Assembly (NCBI RefSeq): GCF_003018115.1
Contig: NZ_CP027457.1
Origin: Escherichia coli
Lineage (GTDB): Bacteria > Pseudomonadota > Gammaproteobacteria > Enterobacterales > Enterobacteriaceae
Length of the DNA: 64,000 nucleotides
Direction: 5' to 3' (one strand)
Each line of letters begins with the position of its first letter. The stretch's first letter is position 1. Positions 11,914-23,288 of this stretch are shown here, one piece after another. Below the pieces are notes generated by a model that ran no database searches, had not been told where the DNA came from, and saw nothing but the letters and a program-made list of their open reading frames with translations. A program made the position numbers and the translations under genes.

Positions 11914-13788
11914 TCAGGAAACCAGCAGCTGGTTCATACGACGAATAAACAGGTTCGGATCTTCCAGCGTGCCGCGTTCTGCCAGCAGCGCCTGATCCAG
12001 CAGCAGTTCTACCCACTCGCTGAACTTGGCTTCATCTTCAGTATCTGCCGCACGTTTCACCAGTACGTGATCCGGGTTCAGTTCGAAGATGTATTTCACT
12101 TCTGGCACTTTCTGGCCCGCCGCAGCGAACAGTTTCGCCATCTGAGTGCTCATTTCGTCCGCGTCGGTCGAAACGATCGCTGGCGTATCGGTCAGACGGT
12201 GAGTCAGACGGACATCTTTCACGCGCTCGCCGAGCAGAGCTTTCACGCGGTCGATGAACGGAGTCAGTGCTTTCTCCGCTTCTTTCGCGCTCTCATCAAC
12301 TTCGTCAGCCAGTTTTTCCAGCGACTCGTCAACTTTAGACACCGACTGGAACGGTTTACCGTCGAACTCAGTCAGATAGTTCATCATCCACTCATCGATG
12401 CGGTCGGAAAGCAGCAGAACTTCGATGCCTTTCTTACGCAGCAGTTCCAGGTGCGGGCTGCTCTTCGCTGCCGCATAGCTGTCTGCAGTGATGTAGTAGA
12501 TTTTCTCCTGCCCTTCTTTCATGCGGGAAACGTAGTCTTCCAGAGACACGGTCTGCGCAGAAGAATCGGTATGAGTAGAAGCAAAACGCAGCAGTTTGGC
12601 GATCGCTTCCTGGTTAGCGAAATCTTCCGCCGGACCTTCTTTCAGTACCAGGCCAAACTGTTGCCAGAAGGTCTGGTATTTTTCCGCGTCGTCTTTCGCC
12701 AGTTTTTCCAGCATTTGCAGCACACGCTTGGTCAGCGCATTGCGCAGGTTACGCGTTACCGTGCTGTCCTGGAGGATTTCACGGGAAACGTTCAGCGGCA
12801 GATCGCTGGAGTCAATCAGACCACGCACGAAGCGCAGATAGTTCGGCATGAACTGTTCTGCGTCGTCCATGATGAACACACGCTGAACATACAGTTTCAG
12901 GCCGTGTTTATGATCACGGTTCCACATATCCCACGGAGCCTGGGACGGGATGTACAGCAGGCTGGTGTACTCCTGCTTACCTTCAACGCGGTTGTGGCTC
13001 CAGGTCAGCGGATCGTTAAAGTCGTGGGCGATGTGTTTGTAGAACTCTTTATACTCTTCATCGGTGATTTCCGACTTGTTACGAGTCCACAGCGCCTGCG
13101 CTTTGTTGATTTTCTCCCAGGAGATAACGGTTTCGCCGTCTTTCTCTTCGCGTTTTTCGATCTCTACCGGCAGCGCGATATGGTCGGAGTATTTGCTGAT
13201 GATGGAACGCACGCGCCAGTCATCGAGGAACTCGTCTTCGCCTTCACGCAGATGCAGGGTGATTTCAGTACCACGATCTTCTTTGGTGATGTCGGCAACG
13301 GTGTATTCACCTTCGCCAGCCGATTCCCAGAAGACGCCATTTTCTGGTTTTTCGCCTGCCGCGCGAGTACGCACGGTCACTTTGTCGGCCACGATAAACG
13401 CAGAGTAGAAACCAACACCAAACTGACCGATCAGCTGGCTGTCTTTCGCCTGGTCAGAACCCAGGGATTCGAGGAATGATTTGGTACCGGATTTAGCGAT
13501 AGTCCCCAGATGGTCAATCACTTCGTCGCGGGTCATCCCCACGCCGTTATCGGAGATGGTCAGCGTGCGCTTGTCTTTATCGAAAGAGACACGAACGCGC
13601 AGTTCGCCATCACCTTCGTACAGGTCCGGGTTAGAGAGCGCGCGGAAACGCAGCTTGTCCGCCGCATCGGAGGCGTTAGAGATAAGCTCACGCAGGAAGA
13701 TTTCTTTATTGGAATAGAGAGAATGGATCATCAGGTGCAGAAGCTGTTTCACTTCTGACTGAAAACCACGAGTTTCTTGTCCTTTCAT
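11914..13788 (-). CDS. htpG: Hsp90-family chaperone HtpG (624 aa)
   Basis: ORF 11914..13788 (-), 624 aa; recognised N-terminus [42 protein letters not shown]. Confidence 0.97.
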   Translation of the reverse strand: MKGQETRGFQSEVKQLLHLMIHSLYSNKEIFLRELISNASDAADKLRFRALSNPDLYEGDGELRVRVSFDKDKRTLTISDNGVGMTRDEVIDHLGTIAKSGTKSFLESLGSDQAKDSQLIGQFGVGFYSAFIVADKVTVRTRAAGEKPENGVFWESAGEGEYTVADITKEDRGTEITLHLREGEDEFLDDWRVRSIISKYSDHIALPVEIEKREEKDGETVISWEKINKAQALWTRNKSEITDEEYKEFYKHIAHDFNDPLTWSHNRVEGKQEYTSLLYIPSQAPWDMWNRDHKHGLKLYVQRVFIMDDAEQFMPNYLRFVRGLIDSSDLPLNVSREILQDSTVTRNLRNALTKRVLQMLEKLAKDDAEKYQTFWQQFGLVLKEGPAEDFANQEAIAKLLRFASTHTDSSAQTVSLEDYVSRMKEGQEKIYYITADSYAAAKSSPHLELLRKKGIEVLLLSDRIDEWMMNYLTEFDGKPFQSVSKVDESLEKLADEVDESAKEAEKALTPFIDRVKALLGERVKDVRLTHRLTDTPAIVSTDADEMSTQMAKLFAAAGQKVPEVKYIFELNPDHVLVKRAADTEDEAKFSEWVELLLDQALLAERGTLEDPNLFIRRMNQLLVS

Positions 13789-13840
13789 GTAGGTCTACCT
13801 CAATAATGCCATTTTAAGGTTAAAAACAGGATGAGGGAAA

Positions 13841-13868
13841 GATGGGGACAAGGGAGAATAATTTCAAG
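13841..13868 (-). promoter_or_regulatory. sigma32 heat-shock promoter of htpG
   Basis: The minus strand reads ctcgCTTGAAAttattctcccttgtCCCCATCt, matching the sigma32 consensus CTTGAAA -35 and CCCCATnT -10, about 50 nt upstream of the htpG ATG. Confidence 0.7.
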
Positions 13869-13897
13869 CGAGAGCAGGTGATCCTGCTCTCGTTTGC

Positions 13898-14502
13898 TTA
13901 AAAACGAATCTTATGACGCCCGGCAAGGGAGTGTGACAGCGTGGTGCCATCGACCATTTCCAGTTCGCCGCCAACCGGTACGCCATGAGCGATTCGGCTG
14001 GCTTCCACGTCATATTGCGCGCAAAGCTCGGCAATGTAGTTAGCGGTAGCTTCACCTTCAACCGTGGGGTTGGTGGCGAGGATCACTTCAGTGATTTTTT
14101 CCTCTGCCAGACGCTGTTCCAGACGATCAAGGCCGATATCATCCGGACCGATGCCGTCCAGCGGTGACAGATGTCCCATCAACACAAAATAACGACCTGA
14201 AAACTGCCCCGTCTGCTCAATGGCGTAAATGTCCGCCGGACTCTCCACCACGCAGATTTGACCGTTTTCCTGACGACGCGGATTCGAACAGATGTTACAG
14301 ACTTCCTGTTCGGTGAAGGTGCGGCAATCGGCGCAGTGGCCGATTTCCGACATCGCCCGGGTGAGCGCCTGCGCCAGACGCATCCCGCCGCTACGATCGC
14401 GCTGAAGCAGCGTGAACGCCATACGCTGCGCCGACTTCGGGCCAACGCCCGGCAGACAGCGCAGTGCTTCCATAAGCTGTGTTAACAGCGGGCTGGTTTG
14501 CA

Positions 14503-14503
<1 letters not shown>
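13898..14503 (-). CDS. recR: Recombination protein RecR (201 aa)
   Basis: ORF 13898..14503 (-); C4 zinc-finger motif and Toprim region; recognised N-terminus [30 protein letters not shown]. Confidence 0.96.
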
Positions 14504-14847
<344 letters not shown>

Positions 14848-14884
14848 TCACGTTAAGGATGACGAACGTAAGCTGTGCTTACGA

Positions 14885-16816
14885 TCAAATGGGGCGGATA
14901 CTTTCTTCATCCAGCTCCGCATCGAAAAACCGACGCAGGGTCTGAATATTATTATCCGCAATAATGGACTCGCGCGCCTGCGCAAGTTTTTCTTCGTATA
15001 TCGCCTGACGCCACTCCAGCGGCGTACGCACCGCGGGATTATCATCTTCAACGATAGTCAGTTCAACCGTTGAACCTTTTAACATGCTCAACGCTTCAGC
15101 CAGTTTTTGCTGTGCACCGCGGTTGTTCAAATGCCGCTGAGAGGAGCGCAAATGCAGACATACTGCGTTATCACTCTCCTCTTTCCAGGCATTTAAGGCC
15201 ACCTGTTCGACCAGTTTTGGTAGCGAAAGTTGACTCACCTGAGCCGCCCACGGGTCGCGCTCAATGGCTTCTGCCGCCAGCTTCGCCGCCAGTTCCGGCG
15301 TTTTTTCATGTTCCAGCGCTTTTTTCAGCGCCTTCGGTGTGGCGACCACTTCTTTTTGCTGCATCACTGGAGTGGTCGCCTTCCAGCGATACGCTTCTTT
15401 TTTAGCTGGCGCTTTTTCCAGCGCCGATGGCACCGGACGCGCCTGAACGCGATCCGTGACCGAAGCCAGTCTTTCCAGCGCAGCGTTATTCACCGGCCGC
15501 GCGCGGGTAGCGGCTGCCGGTTCACTCTTTTTTGCTTTGGTTGCTCCCTGCACGCGCTGCAACTGCTGGCGCGCCGCCAGCACCTGGCTGGTGGTTTCTG
15601 AGAGCGGTACAGTCGGTGCCTGCTGCGCCGCTGATTGCGGTTGCGGCGGCACCTGGGTTGGCGTCATTACTGCCGTTGGCGCGACGGGTGCAAAGGACTG
15701 GCGTGGCACTTCTGGCTCAGGCAGCGGCATACGCGGATGGAACGCCAGCGCGCGCAGCAGCGTCATCTCAACGCCCATGCGGCGGTCCGGCGCATACGGT
15801 AATTCTTTGCGACCAATCAACAGCGTCTGATAGTAAAGCTGAATATCCGTCGGCGGTATGGTGCGCGCCAGTTCACGCATCCGCAGCTCGATGGCGGCCA
15901 TGTCGTTGCCAAGTGCAGCAGGCGAAAGTTGTACCATCGCAATACGATGCAACAGGCCGAGCATTTCCACCAGCAACGCTTCCCACTCGATACCACGGGC
16001 AGCGGCTTCATTAATCAGCGCCATTACGCGCTCGCCGTTGGCCTCGACCATCGCTTCAACCAGCGACAGCGCCTGATCGTCGTCAAGCGTACCCAGCATC
16101 GCACTGACCGCCTGGGTTGAAACCTGGCCGTCACCGCTGGCAATCGCCTGGTCGGTCAGACTTAAGGCATCTCGCAGGCTGCCTTCAGCGGCGCGCGCCA
16201 GCAATTGCAGCGCCCGCGGCTCGTGAGCGATATGTTCTTCATTGAGGATGTGCTCAAGTTGATGACGAATTTGCTCGACATCCAGCGCCTTGAGATGAAA
16301 TTGCAAACAGCGCGACAAAATCGTCACCGGCAATTTCTGTGGATCGGTCGTCGCCAGCAGAAACTTAACGTGCTCCGGCGGCTCTTCAAGAGTTTTTAAC
16401 AGTGCGTTAAAGCTGTGACGCGACAGCATATGCACTTCGTCGATGAGATAAACTTTGAAACGACCACGCGCCGGAGCGTACTGGACGTTATCCAGCAGGT
16501 CGCGGGTATCTTCAACTTTGGTGCGCGAGGCGGCGTCGATTTCAATCAGATCGACAAAGCGCCCCTGCTCGATTTCACGACAATTATCGCACACGCCGCA
16601 CGGCGTCGCGGTAATGCCGGTTTCGCAGTTTAGCCCCTTCGCCAGCAGTCGGGCGATAGAGGTTTTTCCGACGCCACGGGTACCGGAAAAAAGATAAGCA
16701 TGATGAATACGCCCTAACGACAAGCCGTTCGCCAGTGCGGTCAGCACATGTTCCTGGCCGACGACGTCAGCAAAGGTTTGTGGGCGCCATTTTCGGGCTA
16801 AGACCTGATAACTCAT
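14885..16816 (-). CDS. dnaX: DNA polymerase III tau subunit (643 aa); the gamma subunit is made from the same start by a programmed -1 frameshift
   Basis: ORF 14885..16816 (-); AAA+ Walker A motif GTRGVGKTS; recognised as DnaX. Confidence 0.97.
   Translation of the reverse strand: MSYQVLARKWRPQTFADVVGQEHVLTALANGLSLGRIHHAYLFSGTRGVGKTSIARLLAKGLNCETGITATPCGVCDNCREIEQGRFVDLIEIDAASRTKVEDTRDLLDNVQYAPARGRFKVYLIDEVHMLSRHSFNALLKTLEEPPEHVKFLLATTDPQKLPVTILSRCLQFHLKALDVEQIRHQLEHILNEEHIAHEPRALQLLARAAEGSLRDALSLTDQAIASGDGQVSTQAVSAMLGTLDDDQALSLVEAMVEANGERVMALINEAAARGIEWEALLVEMLGLLHRIAMVQLSPAALGNDMAAIELRMRELARTIPPTDIQLYYQTLLIGRKELPYAPDRRMGVEMTLLRALAFHPRMPLPEPEVPRQSFAPVAPTAVMTPTQVPPQPQSAAQQAPTVPLSETTSQVLAARQQLQRVQGATKAKKSEPAAATRARPVNNAALERLASVTDRVQARPVPSALEKAPAKKEAYRWKATTPVMQQKEVVATPKALKKALEHEKTPELAAKLAAEAIERDPWAAQVSQLSLPKLVEQVALNAWKEESDNAVCLHLRSSQRHLNNRGAQQKLAEALSMLKGSTVELTIVEDDNPAVRTPLEWRQAIYEEKLAQARESIIADNNIQTLRRFFDAELDEESIRPI
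15491..15533 (-). other. dnaX programmed -1 ribosomal frameshift cassette: slippery heptamer A AAA AAG (15527-15533), -1 frame UGA stop (15522-15524) and downstream stimulatory stem-loop (about 15491-15520)
   Basis: The minus strand reads gcaaccaaagcAAAAAAGagtgaaCCGGCAGCCGCtacccGCGCGCGGCCGGtg; the heptamer sits in the zero frame at tau codons 429-430 (..ATKAKKSEP..); after the slip the reading is GAG then UGA. Confidence 0.85.
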
Positions 16817-16944
16817 TGGCAGGCTCTGAAACGCTGGAAGGTGGATTCACGAAGGGGTAATGCTAACACAGCCCCGTCAGAACGGCGAGGCTGAATGCAC
16901 ATCTTGTGCTGTCCGTAGCGTGGGCAGCACAAGACTGGCGATAA

Positions 16945-17496
16945 TTAATGGCCCGGGAACGGGACAAGGCTGTAGCTGGTAATGCCCTGTTTTTCGAGAC
17001 GCTGTTCGCCGCCGAGATCGAACAGGTTGATAATGAACGCAGCGTCAGCCACTTCACCACCCAGACGACGGATCAGTTTAACGGTCGCTTCGATAGTGCC
17101 GCCGGTTGCCAGCAGATCGTCCACCACCAGAACTTTGTCGCCCGGTTTGATGGCATCAACGTGGATTTCCAGCTGATCGGTGCCGTATTCCAGATCGTAA
17201 GTTTCACTGATAGTTTCACGCGGCAGTTTGCCCGGTTTACGGACCGGTACAAAACCAACGCCCAGACCCAGAGCTACCGGAGCGCCAAACAAGAAGCCAC
17301 GCGCTTCGGTGCCGACAACTTTGGTAATGCCCGCATTTTTGTAACGCTCAACCAGCAAGTCGATGCTGAGAGCGTAAGCTTTCGGGTCTTCCAGTAAGCT
17401 GGTGACATCGCGGAAAAGAATGCCGGGTTTTGGGTAGTCCTGAATGCTTTTGATGCTATTTTTGAGATACTCAAGCTGCTGTGCAGTCGCGGTCAT
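16945..17496 (-). CDS. apt: Adenine phosphoribosyltransferase Apt (183 aa)
   Basis: ORF 16945..17550 (-) trimmed to Met [31 protein letters not shown]; ATG at 17496. Confidence 0.95.
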
Positions 17497-17648
17497 AAGT
17501 GTATGCCTGCTTGTTACGGTGGTACTCACGGCGCGTTTTAAACGTATCAAAAGTAACAGTTGTTTAACCTTTGACCGCCTGCGCCTGTGCTCGAAAACGC
17601 CAGAATGTACTGGCTGTACGCAATAATTGCAACTGCGATTGTTGTGCT

Positions 17649-18026
17649 TCAGTGCTTTTCTTGCTTTTCATCAATCACCGGAATTCGCCACATATAGAAA
17701 AGCAAACAGGCGAGAATTACCAGCAACATGATGCGCACCCATGGCATCTGGACGAACCACAGAGAAATGGCAAACGTGAGCAAAATAAGCAAAATCGCCC
17801 GCGGTTTGACACCGCGCGGCATCGCATGATGTTTCTGCCAGAAACGTAGATAGCTGCCAAACCATGAGCGGTACAGCAACCAGGCGTGAAAGCGCGGGGA
17901 AGAACGGGCAAAGCACCAGGCCGCCAGCAGGATAAACGGCGTCGTCGGTAATACCGGTAATACCACGCCCAGCGTGCCCAGCACTACCGCCAGCCAGCCA
18001 ATGATGATTAAAATGATTCGTTGCAT
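17649..18026 (-). CDS. ybaN: Inner membrane protein YbaN (DUF454, 125 aa)
   Basis: ORF 17649..18026 (-); small hydrophobic protein; synteny with apt and priC. Confidence 0.9.
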
Positions 18027-18095
18027 ATTGAGTGTTGTCAGCTTACAGAGTGGCTACTTTAGCATAACAATTATCATTTTCATTGAGGTCTTATC

Positions 18096-18623
18096 GTGAA
18101 AACCGCCCTGCTGCTGGAAAAACTGGAAGGACAGCTCGCTACGCTGCGTCAGCGTTGTGCCCCGGTGTCACAGTTCGCCACGCTAAGTGCTCGTTTCGAC
18201 AGGCATCTTTTTAAGACTCGTGCGACAACACTACAGGCTTGTCTCGACGAGGCGGGCGATAATCTGGCTGCGCTTCGTCATGCAGTTGAGCAGCAACAGC
18301 TGCCGCAAGTGGCCTGGCTGGCGGAACATCTGGCGGCACAACTGGAAGCCATCGCGCGTGAAGCCTCCGCCTGGTCATTGCGCGAGTGGGACAGTGCGCC
18401 ACCGAAAATTGCCCGCTGGCAGCGTAAACGTATTCAGCATCAGGATTTTGAGCGGCGGCTACGTGAGATGGTTGCCGAACGCAGAGCCCGCCTGGCGCGG
18501 GTGACCGATCTCGTGGAACAGCAAACGCTGCATCGTGAAGTGGAAGCCTATGAAGCGCGCCTGGCACGCTGCCGCCATGCGCTGGAAAAAATCGAAAACA
18601 GGCTAGCGCGCTTAACCCGCTAG
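18096..18623 (+). CDS. priC: Primosomal replication protein N'' PriC (175 aa)
   Basis: ORF 18096..18623; recognised N-terminus [28 protein letters not shown]. Confidence 0.93.
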   Translation: MKTALLLEKLEGQLATLRQRCAPVSQFATLSARFDRHLFKTRATTLQACLDEAGDNLAALRHAVEQQQLPQVAWLAEHLAAQLEAIAREASAWSLREWDSAPPKIARWQRKRIQHQDFERRLREMVAERRARLARVTDLVEQQTLHREVEAYEARLARCRHALEKIENRLARLTR

Positions 18624-18636
18624 CAATGGAGAGAGT

Positions 18637-18798
18637 ATGTCACTGGAAAATGCCCCTGACGATGTCAAACTGGCTGTCGATTTGATTGTGCTGCTGGAAG
18701 AAAATCAGATCCCAGCCCGCACCGTGCTGCGCGCGCTGGATATTGTAAAACGCGATTATGAAAAGAAATTAACGCGCGATCATGAGGCGGAAAAGTGA
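18637..18798 (+). CDS. ybaM: Small protein YbaM (DUF2496, 53 aa)
   Basis: Below the ORF-track size cut-off; ATG at 18637 with upstream GGAGAG, translating [53 protein letters not shown], stop TGA 18796-18798. Confidence 0.85.
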   Translation: MSLENAPDDVKLAVDLIVLLEENQIPARTVLRALDIVKRDYEKKLTRDHEAEK

Positions 18799-18842
18799 GA
18801 AATAAATGGGGCCGCTAAATGTCCCCTAAGATTGTGGGCAAA

Positions 18843-18941
18843 CGCAAAACTGCCTGATGCGCTACGCTTATCAGGCCTACACCGCTCCTGCAATACATTG
18901 AATTCTTGCGGTTTCGTAGGCCGGATAAGGCGGTCACGCCG
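18843..18941. repeat. REP element pair between ybaM and mscK
   Basis: Palindromes gcctgatgcgctacgcttatcaggcctac and gtaggccggataaggcggtcacgccgcatccggca. Confidence 0.8.
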
Positions 18942-19009
18942 CATCCGGCATGAACAACGCGCACTTTGTCAGTAATCTCGGGGCAACTAAATGTCGCCCC
19001 CTTTGGTTA

Positions 19010-22000
19010 TTACCCTACCGCTGGCGTCGGATCGTCGCCTTTGTAGTCGCGTTTGACTTCCGTCACCTCATCGCCCTTCTCGTTGTGCAGATGCACTTCA
19101 AGCTGGTTAAAGGCAATGTTGATGTCGTTTTCACGGCACAGCTGATCGATAGTACGGTTCAGCTCATCGACAGTACGACTACGGTCACGCAGTTCACGCA
19201 CATACAGACGCAGCTCATGATCCAACGTGCTGGCACCAAATGCCGTAAAGAAGACTTCCGGCATTGGTTCGTGCATCACCCTTGGGTGCTCAGTCGCCGC
19301 CTTCAGTAACACTTTACGCACTTTTTCCAGATCGGAGCCATAGGCCACGCCGAGACGGATCACCAGACGCGTAGTAGTGTCAGTCAACGACCAGTTGATC
19401 AGACGCTCGGTAACAAACGCTTTGTTCGGGATGATCACTTCTTTGCGATCGAAATCGGTAATCGTTGTCGCACGAATACGGATCTTACTTACCGTCCCCG
19501 AGAAGCTACCAATGGTTACCGTATCGCCAATACGCACCGGACGTTCGAACAGAATGATCAAACCGGAGACGAAGTTACCGAAAATTTCTTGTAAACCAAA
19601 ACCAAGACCTACGGATAATGCTGCGGCCAGCCACTGGAGTTTATCCCAAGAGACGCCCAGCGATCCGAACACCGTCATCGCACCAACGGCAATAATGATG
19701 TAGTTAAGGATGGTAGTAATGGCATACGACGCGCCCTGACGCATATTCAGTCGCGAGAGCACCAGCACTTCCAGTAAACCAGGCAGGTTGCGAATCAACG
19801 CCCAGGCCACCATTGAGGCGATAATCGCAAACAACAGACTGCCCATGGTGACGTTTTTCACCACCGCAGCACCAGCTTCAGTACCGTTGTAATGCCACAG
19901 CGTAATGCTGTCGAGATAGCTGAACACGGTGATCAAATCGGACCAAATTGCCCAGAACATGACACCGAACAGCGCAAACATCAGCAACATGGTAATACGC
20001 AGCGTCTGCTGGTTAACCTGTTCCAGTGCAATGGTGGGTTCTTCCGGCGGTTCGGCACCTTCTGCGCCCTCTTTCACCAGATTCTGCCGACGCGCCAGCG
20101 CACGACGCCAGGCGATACGCCGCGCCGCTACGCTTAAGCCGCGCAATACCGTCTGGTAGAGCAAGTTCCAGATGATCACCAGATAAACGGTTTCAATCCA
20201 ACGCCCGGAGAGGCGCAGCGTGGTGTAGAAATAACCCGTGGCAGTCAGCACCATCAATGCAATCGGGATAATCGACAGCACGGTAATGGTGACCAGTCGC
20301 ATGGTGTGCGACTCTTTATCACGCCAGCTTTCGCGGCACATTGGCCATACCAGGAAGGCAATCAGCAGCAGGTTGAAGAAAATCATCGCCTGCCCCAGCA
20401 CATCATCCATCAGATGCAGCGGAGAAAGTTCTGCCACCACAGACCAGAAATGGATAGGCAGCAACGCGAGACTGATGCGGACAATTTGCCGACGCCAGTG
20501 GCTGGTCTGCTGCTCCGGCATGCCGAAGTGACGCACGGCAACGCCGTTCTTCTCCAGTACCTTCCAGCACAGGCCAAACACCAGCCAGAAAATCGCCAGT
20601 TTTTTGCTGAACGACCATAGCAATTCGCTGATGTTGAGCTGCATGGTCAACAGAATCAGGCCAACCGCGAGAATAATCAGGCACACCGGCAGTGCACGGA
20701 TCAGGTCGATAAGGATCGCTTTTGGTGTGTTGAGCTGGCTGTCGTTACGCAGGGAACCCACAGCGGAAGCCAGTTTTTGTTGATACGCTTTCAGCCATCC
20801 CAGACGCCAGTGGATCAGCCCGGCAATCAACAGCAGCGGCAAACCAGCGAGGAAAGCGATAAAAACGGCGGGCCAGGCTTTTTCCCAGTTCACCGTAATT
20901 TTCATCGACTTAAATTCATCTTTCAGGCTTTGCGGGAACGCTTTGATCCAGTCCCAGTCCATTGGACGGTTACTGTTCACCCAAAAGATTTGCTGAGTCA
21001 GGATGGATTTCAGGTTTTTCGACACACTCATTAACTGCTGCTGGTTGATTTGCAGGTTAATGGCCATCATCAGCTGGTTACCCAACTGTTTGTTGAGTTG
21101 ATCCAGCAATTCGCGACGCATATCAACCACTTGCAATAACGCATCGTGAACTTCGCTGTTGACTTCGTTGGTGTGACCTTCTTCCAGTTTGTTGACGAAC
21201 GCATCGCTCTGGAAGAGTGCATCACGCTGCTGGTTAACTTCAAACTGTTCGAGACGCAAATCCGCGATGCGGTTGGTCATGTTTTCCAGTTCATCCGCCG
21301 AGGGCAGCGTTTGTTGTTGTTGGTAAAGGATACGAGACAACAGCAGGCTGCCCTTCAGGACGGCAATCTGCTCTTTAATATTGCGTTCCGATTGCAGCGC
21401 CCGCTCCAGCCAGTTTTTGACTTTAATGTTTTGCTGCATCAACTGATTACCGTTTTCAGTCGCGGTAATCAGACGCTGACTTAACTGCTGGTTAATTTCC
21501 AGTTCCTGCTTCACCAGCGGATTAGCCTGAATACGTGCGGCTTCATCCGGGGAGACGGCTTCCTGCGCCGTTTTTTCGGTTAAAGTCAGGCGCTTGCTGT
21601 TTACCGCTTCTTGCAACAGTTGTAACTGGTGCTCCAGACGGGCGCTGTTCGCCGTCACGTAATCACGTTGCTTTTGCAAGGTATCCTGCAAGACGGTATT
21701 CCCTTCCAGGCTTTTACGCTGCTGGTCAATCTCCGCATTCAGCAACGCCTGCTGAGCCTGCATTAACACTTTCTGGCTGGGACGTAAGGCAGTCTCGCCG
21801 ACATCAGTCCCATCCAGACGACTGCGAATTTGTTGCAGCTGCTGCGAAGCGTTATACATCGCATTTTGCACGCGTTCGGGCTGCGTCTGTAACGAAACCA
21901 GCTGGCTGTTATAAGACGCCAGATCGTTTTGTGCGTTTTGCAAATCGTCCAGCGCCTGGGCAACGCGAGTTTCCAGCTGGCGCAACGAAAGCGTGCTCAG

Positions 22001-22372
22001 AATTTTGCGCGTTTCTTCGTCGTTATCGACATCGCTAAGTGCTGTTAACGCCGCGGTCGCCTGGCGCATTTTTTCCGGCGCTTCAGCGACTTTTTGCCGT
22101 AGCTGAACGGTCTCTTCTTTTACGCGATCGATTTTATCGAGGGTGGCTAATGTATCTGTCAGATCCTGCTGCACCAGTTTATCCTGAGCAGAAAGATCTT
22201 TTTGTTTATTTAGTGAGTCAAGTTGCGCCTGCAGGTCCGCTTTTGTCGGCAGATCACCATTCGATGACGCCCGCGCAAACGCCGTGTTCTGGCATAACAA
22301 GACAAAAACAAAAGCAATAAATGCTGAAAAAACAAAATGCCGTGATCGTTTGTAATACTGGAACATAGTCAT
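19010..22372 (-). CDS. mscK: Potassium-dependent mechanosensitive channel MscK (KefA), 1120 aa
   Basis: ORF 19010..22372 (-); signal peptide, long coiled-coil periplasmic domain, multi-TM region and C-terminal MscS-like domain. Confidence 0.95.
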   Translation of the reverse strand: MTMFQYYKRSRHFVFSAFIAFVFVLLCQNTAFARASSNGDLPTKADLQAQLDSLNKQKDLSAQDKLVQQDLTDTLATLDKIDRVKEETVQLRQKVAEAPEKMRQATAALTALSDVDNDEETRKILSTLSLRQLETRVAQALDDLQNAQNDLASYNSQLVSLQTQPERVQNAMYNASQQLQQIRSRLDGTDVGETALRPSQKVLMQAQQALLNAEIDQQRKSLEGNTVLQDTLQKQRDYVTANSARLEHQLQLLQEAVNSKRLTLTEKTAQEAVSPDEAARIQANPLVKQELEINQQLSQRLITATENGNQLMQQNIKVKNWLERALQSERNIKEQIAVLKGSLLLSRILYQQQQTLPSADELENMTNRIADLRLEQFEVNQQRDALFQSDAFVNKLEEGHTNEVNSEVHDALLQVVDMRRELLDQLNKQLGNQLMMAINLQINQQQLMSVSKNLKSILTQQIFWVNSNRPMDWDWIKAFPQSLKDEFKSMKITVNWEKAWPAVFIAFLAGLPLLLIAGLIHWRLGWLKAYQQKLASAVGSLRNDSQLNTPKAILIDLIRALPVCLIILAVGLILLTMQLNISELLWSFSKKLAIFWLVFGLCWKVLEKNGVAVRHFGMPEQQTSHWRRQIVRISLALLPIHFWSVVAELSPLHLMDDVLGQAMIFFNLLLIAFLVWPMCRESWRDKESHTMRLVTITVLSIIPIALMVLTATGYFYTTLRLSGRWIETVYLVIIWNLLYQTVLRGLSVAARRIAWRRALARRQNLVKEGAEGAEPPEEPTIALEQVNQQTLRITMLLMFALFGVMFWAIWSDLITVFSYLDSITLWHYNGTEAGAAVVKNVTMGSLLFAIIASMVAWALIRNLPGLLEVLVLSRLNMRQGASYAITTILNYIIIAVGAMTVFGSLGVSWDKLQWLAAALSVGLGFGLQEIFGNFVSGLIILFERPVRIGDTVTIGSFSGTVSKIRIRATTITDFDRKEVIIPNKAFVTERLINWSLTDTTTRLVIRLGVAYGSDLEKVRKVLLKAATEHPRVMHEPMPEVFFTAFGASTLDHELRLYVRELRDRSRTVDELNRTIDQLCRENDINIAFNQLEVHLHNEKGDEVTEVKRDYKGDDPTPAVG

Positions 22373-22499
22373 GATGAATGAAGGTTTCTGAACCTGAAGA
22401 ACGACCTGAAAAAGTCAAACCGCAAGAATATCACGACGCAGTGAACCAGAATAGCAACGACGAAAATGTCCAGGAAAAATCCTGGAGTCAGATTCAGGG

Positions 22500-23147
22500 T
22501 TATTCGTTAGTGGCAGGATTACGAAGCGTGGGGCACAGGAGATACATCTCCAGTAAGATGGCAACGTAATCGCGGGCTTCTTTTTTAAGATCAAAAGATT
22601 GCGGGGCAAAGAGCCAGTTTTCCATCAGGCCGGAAATATAGCCGCGCATAATAATTGCTGCGCGACGCGTCATTAAATCCGCAGGCAACATTTTCGCTTC
22701 AATACAATGTTTTAACGTTTGTTCTATACGGTCATAACTTTCCAGACAGAGATTACGTTGTGCCTGTTGCACAACAGCCATTTCTCCGACAAATTCGCAT
22801 TTGTGGAATATAATCTCCATCAATAATCGACGCCGTTCTTCTGTCACCGTGGATTCAAGAACATGAATTAATATCTCTCTTAATACTGAGAGTGGATCGC
22901 CAGGGAATTTTGCCTGATACTCAAGCTCTAGTTCACCAATATTGGATTCTGACAGTTCCCAGATCTCACTGAACAAATCCGACTTGTCTTTAAAATGCCA
23001 GTAGATTGCACCGCGCGTAACGCCAGCTGCTTTTGCAATCTCGCCCAGCGAGGTGGATGATACCCCCTGCTGTGAGAAAAGACGTAGAGCCACATCGAGG
23101 ATGTGTTGGCGCGTTTCTTGCGCTTCTTGTTTGGTTTTTCGTGCCAT
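22500..23147 (-). CDS. acrR: TetR-family repressor AcrR (215 aa)
   Basis: ORF 22500..23147 (-); recognised N-terminus [52 protein letters not shown]; divergent from acrAB. Confidence 0.96.
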
Positions 23148-23175
23148 ATGTTCGTGAATTTACAGGCGTTAGATT

Positions 23176-23199
23176 TACATACATTTGTGAATGTATGTA
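23176..23199. promoter_or_regulatory. AcrR operator: perfect 24-bp palindrome in the acrR-acrA divergent promoter region
   Basis: tacatacatttgtgaatgtatgta is a perfect inverted repeat (tacatacatt / aatgtatgta) located between acrR and acrA. Confidence 0.75.
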
Positions 23200-23288
23200 C
23201 CATAGCACGACGATAATATAAACGCAGCAATGGGTTTATTAACTTTTGACCATTGACCAATTTGAAATCGGACACTCGAGGTTTACAT

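Noticed and set aside
11887-13479. 530-aa ORF on the + strand inside htpG
   Set aside because: Exactly codon-aligned antisense frame of htpG; absence of stops is explained by rarity of UUA/CUA/UCA codons in the sense gene. Translation is low-complexity and F/R/V-rich.
22378-22569. 63-aa ORF in the mscK-acrR spacer, overlapping the acrR 3' end
   Set aside because: On the strand opposite both neighbours, hydrophilic low-complexity translation, no convincing Shine-Dalgarno; it overlaps the acrR stop region and is more likely noise.
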